Positions 16,504 to 25,333 of a stretch of 42,897 nucleotides of DNA are shown piece by piece. Positions within the stretch are counted from its first letter, which is position 1, and the number at the start of each line of letters is the position of its first letter. The DNA comes from a phage: the NCBI GenBank assembly GCA_029955215.1, contig GCA_029955215.1_4351.1, one strand, 5' to 3'. Below the pieces are notes generated by a model. That model was not told the DNA's origin. It saw only the letters and a list, made by a program, of their open reading frames with translations, and did not search any database. The position numbers and the translations under genes were made by a program.

Positions 16504-16862
16504 TGAGCACCGATTTCAGTAAACGTATGCAAGGCGTAGGTACGCGCCTGCTAACCAAATTCGGTAGCACGGTATCTCTGGTTCGCGCTGGCTCGAAAGT
16601 GTGGGACGAAGTTCTCGGCGAATACGTCTGGTCTGCGGATGAAGTGTTGCCGTTGAAGGCCGTTCCGGTTCCTGTTAACGCAGGACTGGTAAACGGTACG
16701 ACGATTCAGGCAGGTGACATGATCGTTAAGGCTGATTACAGCGTCGTTCCGAAGATGGAAGACAAGGTGCAATTTGGCGGCGAGCAATGGTCTATCGAAG
16801 CCATTGAGAAGAAGATGGTTAATGATGATGTCGTGGCCTACTTTATCCAGGTGAGAAAATGA
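16503..16862 (+). CDS. head-tail joining protein (putative)
   Basis: ATG 16503 overlaps upstream stop; position. Confidence 0.45.
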   Translation: MSTDFSKRMQGVGTRLLTKFGSTVSLVRAGSKVWDEVLGEYVWSADEVLPLKAVPVPVNAGLVNGTTIQAGDMIVKADYSVVPKMEDKVQFGGEQWSIEAIEKKMVNDDVVAYFIQVRK

Positions 16863-17257
16863 CACCATTTGAACAGTCTATTCAGAATTTTATAAAGAAG
16901 GCCAAAAAGAACCCTGAACTGGTGGTTCGCCAGGTCACGATTAAATTATATTCTCAGATTATAATGGCAAGTCCCGTTAAGACGGGTAGATTCAGGATGA
17001 ATTGGCAGGTCAGTAATAACAAGCCAGCAACGGGTGTTTTAATAGCAGACGACCCTTCCGGGAGCAGAGCTATAGGTCGGATGACAAATTACGTTATATC
17101 ATCTCCTGAGTGGGAAAATTTCTGTTTTACAAATAATTTGCCATATGCGGAAAGGTTAGAATATGGGTACTCACAACAAGCACCTCAAGGCATGGTCCGT
17201 GTGACTGTCGCCAGATTTCAACGTCTACTCAACGAAGCTGCGGCGAGGGCAGATTGA
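16859..17257 (+). CDS. neck protein, HK97 gp10-like (putative)
   Basis: GRFRMNWQ motif region typical of the gp10 family as recalled; AT-rich relative to neighbours. Confidence 0.5.
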   Translation: MTPFEQSIQNFIKKAKKNPELVVRQVTIKLYSQIIMASPVKTGRFRMNWQVSNNKPATGVLIADDPSGSRAIGRMTNYVISSPEWENFCFTNNLPYAERLEYGYSQQAPQGMVRVTVARFQRLLNEAAARAD

Positions 17258-17670
17258 TGGGCTACTTTGAGGACTTAACCAAAGCGTTTGATGTGCCGTT
17301 GGTGGCCTTCGGGACCGCAAACGGCATCAGGGTTGCGCTTGAAAATATCGACGCGCCGACGTCAACCGATACGCCGTATCTGGCGAGTTACATGTTGCTG
17401 GCAGATACGGAACAGGCGGATTTGTTCTTCACCGAGCAACGCTCAGGTGTTTATCAGGTCAACATTAACTACGCGTCGGTGAAAGGTAGCGCGCCAATCA
17501 ATAAAATGGCAGACTTACTTAACACGGTGTTTAAAGCAGGTAAGTCATTTTCACGTAACGACATCTGCGCCGAGGTTCAATCAGTTAGCCTGGGGCCGCT
17601 GATTGTAGAAAACGGATGGGCCAAAAGACCATTGTCAATTAACTTTATTGCATTCACCAAGAGGCTGTGA
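17257..17670 (+). CDS. tail completion / neck protein (putative)
   Basis: ATG 17257 overlapping upstream TGA; position before major tail protein. Confidence 0.45.
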   Translation: MGYFEDLTKAFDVPLVAFGTANGIRVALENIDAPTSTDTPYLASYMLLADTEQADLFFTEQRSGVYQVNINYASVKGSAPINKMADLLNTVFKAGKSFSRNDICAEVQSVSLGPLIVENGWAKRPLSINFIAFTKRL

Positions 17671-17672
17671 AT

Positions 17673-18839
17673 ATGGCTACAACTCCTTTTAAGGGCGCGA
17701 ATACCGCGCAATTCTATGTGGCGGAAGTGACCCCGGGCGTAACACCAAGTAACCCGGTATGGTCGCCGTTGCGTAGCACTGGCGGCGTTCCTGCCGTAAC
17801 CCGCGATGCGCTGACTTCCAACGAACTGGACGGCAGCCGTGAAACTACATCCATCCGCACTGGCAATAAGCAGGTAAGCGGGGAGTATGCCATCGAACTT
17901 AGCTCTCGTAGTCAGGATGATTTCCTGGCTGGCGCGATGACTTCTACGTGGCAGGATGGGGTAGAGATTACGGGTGCCGAAATTACTGTCGCCCCCGCAG
18001 GTAAAACATTCACCCGCGCTGCCGGTAGCTTCATTACTGACGGTGTAGAAGTTGGTGACCTTATTGCGTTCACCGACTTAACCGGCGACAACGCAAAACC
18101 GTTTATCGTGACCGCGGTTTCTGCTCTTGTAGTTACGGGTGCGGGCATTCAGCACACGCTGACAGCAGAGACTGTAACCACCGACGCTAAAACTGGCGAT
18201 AAACTGGAAACCGGTAACGCATGTAAGACGTTCTCCATCCTGACATGGTTCAAAGGACAGTGCGGGAACCCTGACGCGTACATGTTGACCAAAGGCGTGG
18301 AAATCTCCGGTTTCACCATTGAACAGGCCGTAAACGCGATGGTGACAGGCAGCTTCCCGTTCATCGGCCTGAGTCAGGAGATTCTTACCACGCCGCCGTC
18401 TGGCTCTGATTTCTCTCAGGTGACGTTCACGGACGAGCCGTTCTCTTCTGTAGATGTGTCTGTGTTCGACGGTTCTACGCCGTTGCGTTGCGATACTCTC
18501 ACTATCACCAACGATAACGGTGCTTCCGCGCAGTTCGAACTCGGCAACAGTAGCGTCGCGTTCGTGGAACGGGGGCGCGCAGCTAACACCTTTTCCATCT
18601 CCGGTAAGCTGTACGACATGACGATGATTCAGAAGTTTATCAACGAGCAGCAGGTAGAGATTAACTCTATTCTGGCGGGGGTAAACGGGGCTATGTCTTT
18701 CAGTTTGAAACGTGCGGAACTTACGGCGGTTACGCCTGAGATTGGCGGACCTGAGTCAATCACTCAGTCCATTGAAGGCCAGGCTACTGGCAACCAGTAC
18801 CAGTCGTCTATCGTGATTCAACGTATCACCTACGCATAA
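17673..18839 (+). CDS. major tail protein
   Basis: About 389 aa, position before chaperone/tape-measure genes, followed by strong terminator. Confidence 0.7.
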   Translation: MATTPFKGANTAQFYVAEVTPGVTPSNPVWSPLRSTGGVPAVTRDALTSNELDGSRETTSIRTGNKQVSGEYAIELSSRSQDDFLAGAMTSTWQDGVEITGAEITVAPAGKTFTRAAGSFITDGVEVGDLIAFTDLTGDNAKPFIVTAVSALVVTGAGIQHTLTAETVTTDAKTGDKLETGNACKTFSILTWFKGQCGNPDAYMLTKGVEISGFTIEQAVNAMVTGSFPFIGLSQEILTTPPSGSDFSQVTFTDEPFSSVDVSVFDGSTPLRCDTLTITNDNGASAQFELGNSSVAFVERGRAANTFSISGKLYDMTMIQKFINEQQVEINSILAGVNGAMSFSLKRAELTAVTPEIGGPESITQSIEGQATGNQYQSSIVIQRITYA

Positions 18840-18843
18840 AACT

Positions 18844-18868
18844 AAGGCCCCGAAAGGGGCCTTTTTCT
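18844..18868. terminator. bidirectional rho-independent terminator
   Basis: aaggcccc-gaaa-ggggcctt followed by tttctt; convergent gene ends on both sides. Confidence 0.8.
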
Positions 18869-18870
18869 TA

Positions 18871-19044
18871 CTAATTTTTGAAGGGCATTTCATAGAAATT
18901 AGTTAACTGGCCTCGGTCACTTCGTTCTGTCATTTCTTTAGAGGCCTCTTCCTTACTACCGACGGCATAAATATCAACCCACTCGTCCCATTCTTCGTCG
19001 TATACACGGATTACATATATTGTTTTCATAATATTTTCGCTCAT
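18871..19044 (-). CDS. hypothetical small protein (about 57 aa)
   Basis: Last gene of minus-strand cassette; start chosen at internal ATG; overlaps 18974-19267 in another frame. Confidence 0.35.
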   Translation of the reverse strand: MSENIMKTIYVIRVYDEEWDEWVDIYAVGSKEEASKEMTERSDRGQLTNFYEMPFKN

Positions 19045-19267
19045 CAATATTATCCCTGTACTCCCGTAACTTCTCCAGACTCTCAATTGCTTCCGCTAAG
19101 TCGGTTCCTGTGTCCTTGTGCCCCCGCAAGCCCATACACAATAGCTTCTTCAATGCGTGCTGTAACGCCGGGTCGCGGATGTCGAAGGCACGTAGCACGT
19201 CGTAAACGTCTACTGTCATAGTGCTGCCGTGAGTGTTTGTCATTGTGCGGTTGTATTTTGAAGTCAT
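18974..19267 (-). CDS. hypothetical protein (97 aa)
   Basis: ORF downstream of HNH gene in minus-strand cassette. Confidence 0.45.
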   Translation of the reverse strand: MTSKYNRTMTNTHGSTMTVDVYDVLRAFDIRDPALQHALKKLLCMGLRGHKDTGTDLAEAIESLEKLREYRDNIDERKYYENNICNPCIRRRMGRVG

Positions 19268-19280
19268 AAATCAATCTCCC

Positions 19281-19751
19281 CTACTCATGGTTTTCATGAA
19301 AACCGTATTTACTCTCGGCGGCTTTACGCGCGGCAACCGCTACATCAAAATCGTCGTAAAGCCCTAAATGCACTTGTTTGTAGTTAACTTTTATAAACGC
19401 GCGCCACTTACCCGCGGCTTTGTGGAAACTTACACCTGTAGCCCCGGATTTATTTATCTTTCTCATAGTTTTATTTTTACTGCCCCCTGTATTGTCGGTG
19501 GCGCGTAGATTTTCTATTCTATTGTCTAGCCTGTTATGGTTTATGTGGTCTATTTGAGTTTTCCTGTCTAAGTCGCATTTATTATAAAGACACCATGCTA
19601 TGCGGTGGACATACACTGTTTTACCACCCATACCGCAGCACAGATAGCCTCTTACACCAACCGTACCAACCTCAGCACCAGTAGATATCCTGGTAACCTG
19701 CCCCGTCTCAGGGCAGTATTTAAATTGTTTTGAAACATCAAGATACTTCAT
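19281..19751 (-). CDS. HNH homing endonuclease with AP2-type DNA-binding domain
   Basis: H-N-H region IDHINHNRLDNRIENL; C-terminal GVSFHKAAGKWRAFIKVNYKQVHLGLYDDFDVAVAARKAAE resembles an AP2 domain; AT-rich gene. Confidence 0.8.
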   Translation of the reverse strand: MKYLDVSKQFKYCPETGQVTRISTGAEVGTVGVRGYLCCGMGGKTVYVHRIAWCLYNKCDLDRKTQIDHINHNRLDNRIENLRATDNTGGSKNKTMRKINKSGATGVSFHKAAGKWRAFIKVNYKQVHLGLYDDFDVAVAARKAAESKYGFHENHE

Positions 19752-20878
19752 CTTAGCATCTCCGGTGAGATTGAAAGCCTACCTACTTCCCCGAACTCTG
19801 AACTATAGGTTATGACATTAGCGGACCTCTTAGACATCCACCCGCCGCGAGAAGCATATGCATCTTTCGCCGCGAGAGTGCGATGTTGTTCCACTACCAT
19901 ATTCCTACTTTCTACAATCTTTTGATGGTGGAGATGCCCGACATGTGCGTAACTGTACTCGCTTTCGCCAAATGCTTTTCTGAACTTAGCTATCATAATG
20001 GGTTCGACCACCTCAAACCGGCATTTATGCCCGTGTGTAAAGAACAGTGTCGTTTTACCGTGTTGCACCATCTTGTAAACATCCGGCGACGTATCGACGA
20101 ACACACGCGGCTCATTGTCGTACAGCGTACTGAACATCTCAGCCAACCAAATCATTCCGCTTTCGTCGTGGTTCCCTTGCACGATAAGCAAGCGAACATT
20201 TTTATGCTTAACCAGCGCCATACCAACAACACGGCGTACCATACGAATCATGTAGCGGACTAGTTTCTGGTAGCGCGTGTCCGCATCAAGAACATGACCG
20301 CTCGCTGGCGTAACGGCATCCAGACTATCGAAGTGTGCGAAGTCCCCGAGCAGATTAATGACTCCTGTTCCTGCATCTGGCGCTTTCTGGAATGCCGCAT
20401 CGAACCATCGGGAGAACAGGTCTTCAGCAATCTTCATATCCCAGTCGTCGCCGCTCTCGTCGGCCCAGGCCAGCATGCCGAGATGGAAATCAGATACCGT
20501 GTAAAGATTGAGTAGTTTGTCGTCACGTTTGGCTCGAGTCGCTTTAACAGGCGCAACTGGGGTAATCTCTGACTTCATGCCTTCAACCACGGCTTTCATC
20601 AACTCAACCTGACGTTCGGCATCGGTGTCGGTCTTAACCCATTGCAACTTAGTGTTGCCGAACTCGTCTACCAGTGACGACGTTCCTTTAATCTTGTAGC
20701 CGTCTGGCACAAGGTGACTAACATCACGACCATGACCTACGCCTTTCTTCGCCAGCTTCGCTTTACGGATACGAATAACGCGGTCTGAGATGCCGTATTT
20801 ACGGGCAATGTCGATATTCTTCATCCCGACGTTCAATTCTTCCTGTAACTGTTCGTCGGTTATTTTCTTCTGGGCCAT
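19748..20878 (-). CDS. HTH domain fused to calcineurin-like metallophosphoesterase (SbcD/Mre11-like motifs)
   Basis: N-terminal DIARKYGISDRVIRIRKAK; motifs SDFHLG, GDFAHFD, GNHDE, THGH, GHLHH. Confidence 0.7.
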   Translation of the reverse strand: MAQKKITDEQLQEELNVGMKNIDIARKYGISDRVIRIRKAKLAKKGVGHGRDVSHLVPDGYKIKGTSSLVDEFGNTKLQWVKTDTDAERQVELMKAVVEGMKSEITPVAPVKATRAKRDDKLLNLYTVSDFHLGMLAWADESGDDWDMKIAEDLFSRWFDAAFQKAPDAGTGVINLLGDFAHFDSLDAVTPASGHVLDADTRYQKLVRYMIRMVRRVVGMALVKHKNVRLLIVQGNHDESGMIWLAEMFSTLYDNEPRVFVDTSPDVYKMVQHGKTTLFFTHGHKCRFEVVEPIMIAKFRKAFGESEYSYAHVGHLHHQKIVESRNMVVEQHRTLAAKDAYASRGGWMSKRSANVITYSSEFGEVGRLSISPEMLR

Positions 20879-20916
20879 GCTTACTTCCTCGTGTTTAGGA
20901 TTTGTCCTATACTAGC

Positions 20917-21108
20917 TCACTTCTCGTTAACATTCGAGTTGCACGCCCAGATTAAAATAAATACCCACGGCAGCAGAACCCAACCAAGAAACAGGTTAGC
21001 CATGAATATCGCCAACTTCGCTTTATGGTTACGGAAATATGCAACCAGGAAAGGCGCGAAATAAGCGAGCAGTGCAAACAGAATTAAGGAAACTGGTAAA
21101 CTTGACAT
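20917..21108 (-). CDS. small two-TM membrane protein, superinfection-immunity (Imm)-like
   Basis: YFAPFLVAYFRNH...LGWVLLPWVFILIWA; start at second ATG with aagggg RBS (ORF track start 21123). Confidence 0.5.
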   Translation of the reverse strand: MSSLPVSLILFALLAYFAPFLVAYFRNHKAKLAIFMANLFLGWVLLPWVFILIWACNSNVNEK

Positions 21109-21138
21109 TTTAAACCCCTTCATTGTTGGTGTAAGTGA

Positions 21139-21167
21139 ATAGTACCCTATTATATTGGGGTGTGCAA
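21139..21167 (-). promoter_or_regulatory. sigma70-like promoter, class I (TTGCAC-N17-TACTAT) driving minus-strand cassette
   Basis: Minus-strand reading ttgcac-accccaatataataggg-tactat. Confidence 0.6.
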
Positions 21168-21275
21168 GTAATGTGATAGAATAATTTTGCGCCTAGTGTC
21201 GCACACGAAAAGCGGGTGGTTCCCGTCTGGCGCATTTATCGATAACCTGTAACCTCTTAACCAAAGGATTAAAGA

Positions 21276-21695
21276 ATGAAACTTTCTGATTTTTATTTCG
21301 AAGAGAAAGCACTGGTAGGCAAGAAAATGCCGATTCTGCTGCCGAATGGCGAAGACTCCGGCGAGTGGCTTAATGTTGTAAGCCCTGATGCGGATGCCGC
21401 CGTTAAAGCGGGGCGTGCTTTCATTATCGCGTACCGTCGCGGACTGGCGCGTTTTGAAGAACTGGAAAAAACCGCTAAAGCCTCCGGCGACTATACAGAA
21501 TATAACCTGGCGATTAATGAACTGGCGGAAGACCTCAACCGGCAACTCGCGGCTGAAGTCGTAAACGGCTGGAGCTTCGACGACGAGCCTTTCTCTAAGG
21601 AAGCGTTTAACAAATTGCTCGACCAGTTCAAAGGGCTTGGAACCCAGGTAGCCGCGTTCCATAACGCTGAGCGCAAAGCATTACAGGAAAAGTAG
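21276..21695 (+). CDS. tail assembly chaperone (putative)
   Basis: Position immediately upstream of tape measure; acidic 139-aa protein. Confidence 0.5.
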   Translation: MKLSDFYFEEKALVGKKMPILLPNGEDSGEWLNVVSPDADAAVKAGRAFIIAYRRGLARFEELEKTAKASGDYTEYNLAINELAEDLNRQLAAEVVNGWSFDDEPFSKEAFNKLLDQFKGLGTQVAAFHNAERKALQEK

Positions 21696-21727
21696 ACGCG
21701 CTGTACAGGTTCGCCACCTACGAGTTT

Positions 21728-22060
21728 GTGGATAAGCATAAAATCAGAGAGTTTGATTCTATAGCTGACGGACATGAACAGGCGCTTATCGCGATGGGTG
21801 TAATCGATAAGAAAAAACGTGCAGCGCGACGGGGTGGGCCAGAATGCCCGCCCCTTTTCATATCCACCTTTGAGACGTATTGCGACATTAAGTTTACGCG
21901 ACACGTGCGCGAGGACGCTGTAGTATTGTTTGCAAGAGAATCCGTTACGTGGCAAGACCTGAAAGCCTATCTCGACGTTACACAAAAACAGCTTAGCCTG
22001 TTCGAGATAGACATTATCATGGGCTTAGAAGCAATCTTTGAAGGTAGAAATAATGGCTGA
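21728..22060 (+). CDS. hypothetical protein upstream of tape measure (start uncertain)
   Basis: GTG-initiated ORF; no frameshift connection to 21276-21695 found. Confidence 0.35.
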   Translation: MDKHKIREFDSIADGHEQALIAMGVIDKKKRAARRGGPECPPLFISTFETYCDIKFTRHVREDAVVLFARESVTWQDLKAYLDVTQKQLSLFEIDIIMGLEAIFEGRNNG

Positions 22061-24323
22061 TATCGCTAGCTTGATAGTACGAGTATCCGCAACCGGCGTC
22101 GATAAAGTCACATCACAACTGAACGGGCTTACTAAAGCCGCAGGCGCTGCGGCTGCCGCCGTTGTCAGCCTGGAAACCGCTAAGCAGGTGTTCAGTGCGC
22201 TGGTGGACTCCCAGCGAAACTTCGATAAGCTGAACTCCGGCCTCATCACAATGACCGGGAGTGCTGAGAACGCGGCTAAGGCTTTCAGCGTCCTGCAACA
22301 GTTCGCGAAAGAAACCCCGTACGGCCTCAACCAGGCGGTGGAAGGCTTTACTAAACTTGTAGCCCTCGGCCTGAACCCCAGCAAAGAGGCGTTAATCTCC
22401 TACGGCAACACCGCCGCTGCGATGGGTAAAGACCTTAATCAGATGATTGAGGCCGTGGCGGACGCCAGTACATTTGAATTTGAGCGACTGAAAGAGTTCG
22501 GTATTAAGTCTTCCCAACAGGCAGATACCGTTTCGTTCACGTTCCGCGGCGTAACGACCACAGTTAAGAAGAACTCCGAAGAAATTCAGAAATACCTGCT
22601 AAACATCGGTAACACTGATTTCGCCGGGGCGATGGAAACGCGTTCGAAAACCCTTGACGGGCAGTTATCTAGCCTCGCGGACTCCTTTGACGGCCTTGTA
22701 CTTGCGGTGGCGCAATCAGGTTTCGGCGACGCCGTAGGTGAGCAAGCTGCGACAGCGGAAGATGCCATCACGGCCCTAACCGATGCCATCGCGTCTAATG
22801 AGATAGCAGCCACGCTCCAGGATTGGGTGACACTGTTCAATGAATCGTTCAAGTTTATTTCTGACGCTTTGAACGATCTGGCATACGACACCGAGGACAA
22901 ATCCGTGGATATGTCCGACTCGCTGGGGACTATCCCGGACGCTATTCGTGAGTGGTTGCCTGACATTCAGCAGACATTCCACGAGGTTATTGCGTGGTTC
23001 CAGCGCATTGACGATTACGCGGTCGCGTTAGGCCAGACCCTCGCCGACGTGTTCGACCCGAGCAAAACGGCAGCGCTAACATTTAAAAACCTGACCGCAG
23101 AGGCCGACGCCGCATACGCCGCCAGCATAAAACGCGCAGAGGCCGAATCACAGGCTATCACCAACAGGTCTAAGCAGCGTAAGAAAGAAATTGAGGAACA
23201 GCGCAAGCAGTATGACGAGCGCAAGAAGCAAGAAATTGACTTAGCCAGCCTTGTTAATAAAAAGAGCGGAAATGGTGGAACCGGAAATACCAACGACAAA
23301 GACGCGAAAGCCGCCGCTAAGAAAGCGGAGCAATTGCGTAAACAGGCCCAGGATTATCTCGACACTTTGGCCCGTCAGAACAACGACGAATTAAAGGCTA
23401 TTGACGCACAGGAACAGCAGAAACTGGCTAAGGCAAAAGAGTTCTACAACCAGGGCGCGTTGGCTCTGAAAGAATACGAGCAAGCAAAAACGGCTATCGT
23501 CCTCGAAGCCGGACAAGCACGGCAGGAAGAGCTGGATAAGCGAGAGAAAGAACGGCAGGAAAAGCAGCAGAAAGGTGAAGACTTCATGGCTCAGATTATG
23601 GGTCAGAATGCCGCCGAGCTTGAGCTTCTGGAAATTCAGGAACAACAAAAACTGGACGTTGCGGACCGATACCGCGAACAGAACCTTATTAATGAGGAGC
23701 AGTACCAGGCTGCGGTTAATGCCATAAATGACCAATATGCTTTGAAGCGCGCCAACGCTACAGGTAACGCTTTCGGGATGATGGCGGATAACATGAAGGC
23801 CTCACTAGGGGAGGCGTCGTCCGCGTACAAAGCATTCGCTATTGCTCAGGCCACAATCGCCACATACACCTCCGCTATTGAGGCTTATAAATCAGCGTCC
23901 GCTATCCCCGTGATTGGCTGGGTTATGGGGCCAATTGCCGCCGCCGCCGCCGTAGCCGCCGGTATGGCTAACATAGGTAAGATTCGTTCGGCTCGTGAAC
24001 AGGGTGGTCAATTATCCGCGGGCCAGATGTCCACCATCGCTGAACGCGGTAAACCGGAGGTTATCATGCCTGCGGGGGCATCGCGTGTGCGCACCGCGCA
24101 GCAGATGAAAGAGATTATGGGGCAAAACGGCGGAAACTCCGGCGGTGACAGCGTGACAATTGTCAACAACACCACCGGGCGAGTTGATTCTGCGGTAACA
24201 GAACGTGATGACGAAGGGCGTTTACGTATTATAATCAGTGAAACAGTATCGGCGGCGTTACAGGACAGCAACAGCGCAATCTCTAAGTCACGCCGTGCTA
24301 CACGAAACCAGCCGGGGTATTAA
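22053..24323 (+). CDS. tape measure protein
   Basis: 756 aa, long coiled-coil Ala/Gln/Glu/Lys-rich stretches, hydrophobic GWVMGPIAAAAAVAAGM segment. Confidence 0.85.
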   Translation: MADIASLIVRVSATGVDKVTSQLNGLTKAAGAAAAAVVSLETAKQVFSALVDSQRNFDKLNSGLITMTGSAENAAKAFSVLQQFAKETPYGLNQAVEGFTKLVALGLNPSKEALISYGNTAAAMGKDLNQMIEAVADASTFEFERLKEFGIKSSQQADTVSFTFRGVTTTVKKNSEEIQKYLLNIGNTDFAGAMETRSKTLDGQLSSLADSFDGLVLAVAQSGFGDAVGEQAATAEDAITALTDAIASNEIAATLQDWVTLFNESFKFISDALNDLAYDTEDKSVDMSDSLGTIPDAIREWLPDIQQTFHEVIAWFQRIDDYAVALGQTLADVFDPSKTAALTFKNLTAEADAAYAASIKRAEAESQAITNRSKQRKKEIEEQRKQYDERKKQEIDLASLVNKKSGNGGTGNTNDKDAKAAAKKAEQLRKQAQDYLDTLARQNNDELKAIDAQEQQKLAKAKEFYNQGALALKEYEQAKTAIVLEAGQARQEELDKREKERQEKQQKGEDFMAQIMGQNAAELELLEIQEQQKLDVADRYREQNLINEEQYQAAVNAINDQYALKRANATGNAFGMMADNMKASLGEASSAYKAFAIAQATIATYTSAIEAYKSASAIPVIGWVMGPIAAAAAVAAGMANIGKIRSAREQGGQLSAGQMSTIAERGKPEVIMPAGASRVRTAQQMKEIMGQNGGNSGGDSVTIVNNTTGRVDSAVTERDDEGRLRIIISETVSAALQDSNSAISKSRRATRNQPGY

Positions 24324-24326
24324 ACT

Positions 24327-24821
24327 ATGTCTTCTTTAAGGTTCCCAATGTCCCTTCGGCCAATAGTGTCGAAGGGGTACTCCCAAACGCGAGGGAGTAA
24401 TATCTGGCGTACAGAAGTTCAGGGTGGCGTACCTCGCCAGGGGCGTGATACATACTTTGAACCGGTGCCGATTAGCGTTACCCTGGTCGTATCGTCACTA
24501 GGCCGCCAGGCTTTCTATAGCTTCCTGAATAACATAGACGGCGGTGCGTCGTCGTTCATCATGCCCCACGACACCGGGTTAGGTATCGAAGACCACCAGG
24601 TGCTTATTACGTCAGACATTAGTGACAGTACTGATGACGGTAAGAACTGGGTTATTACGTTCACAGCAACAGCAGAACGCACTGCGATTCAGGAAGACAC
24701 ATGTCTTACGAAGAATCTTCCTGATTTGTTCGGTTGCTATGGTGATTGTTTAGGAGGGTTCCTCAAAGCATACGGAACCGCGCAATCAACGTTTCCACGA
24801 ATTTGGTACCCGATGCAATGA
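24327..24821 (+). CDS. minor tail protein (distal tail, putative)
   Basis: Position after tape measure. Confidence 0.5.
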   Translation: MSSLRFPMSLRPIVSKGYSQTRGSNIWRTEVQGGVPRQGRDTYFEPVPISVTLVVSSLGRQAFYSFLNNIDGGASSFIMPHDTGLGIEDHQVLITSDISDSTDDGKNWVITFTATAERTAIQEDTCLTKNLPDLFGCYGDCLGGFLKAYGTAQSTFPRIWYPMQ

Positions 24822-25333
24822 GCCAGGAATCAGTAGAAGCCGCATATCGCCGTAAGCTGGCTTCTAACCCTGACGGCGAAATTGACTACACGACGCTGGA
24901 GATAGTTCACCCGCTTCTTTCGAAGCGGTATTTGCTTGTTCGCGGAACTTCCGACCTAACGGCGACGTTAGAGACTGGTGAAGTCGTTACGTTTGAGGCT
25001 ACGCCTATGGAGGCTAAAGGGGCCGCCAACAATAACGACATGGACCAGCGAGCATCGTTCGCATTGCCCGATATTGGAAACCAGTTAGACGATGAGATGG
25101 ATAGGATACCGCCCGATAATACCGTGTTGCCTAAGTTTATATTCCGCCGTTTTGTTAGTACCGATTTGTCTTACCCGGCTGACGGGCCTGTTGTGTACGA
25201 GTTGCAGTCGATAAACCAGGAGAAGGGGTTATTCACGGCGGATGTTGGCGTTCCTATGTTGAACCAAAGAGCCACTGGCGAGTTAATGACTCCTTCAGTA
25301 ATCCCATTGTTACGTGGTATTTTGTCTACATGA
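24818..25333 (+). CDS. minor tail protein (putative)
   Basis: ATG 24818 overlapping upstream TGA. Confidence 0.5.
   Translation: MSQESVEAAYRRKLASNPDGEIDYTTLEIVHPLLSKRYLLVRGTSDLTATLETGEVVTFEATPMEAKGAANNNDMDQRASFALPDIGNQLDDEMDRIPPDNTVLPKFIFRRFVSTDLSYPADGPVVYELQSINQEKGLFTADVGVPMLNQRATGELMTPSVIPLLRGILST

Noticed and set aside
19883-20515. + strand ORFs 19883-20263 and 20294-20515
   Set aside because: Antisense to the HTH-metallophosphoesterase gene, whose motif content strongly supports the minus-strand frame.
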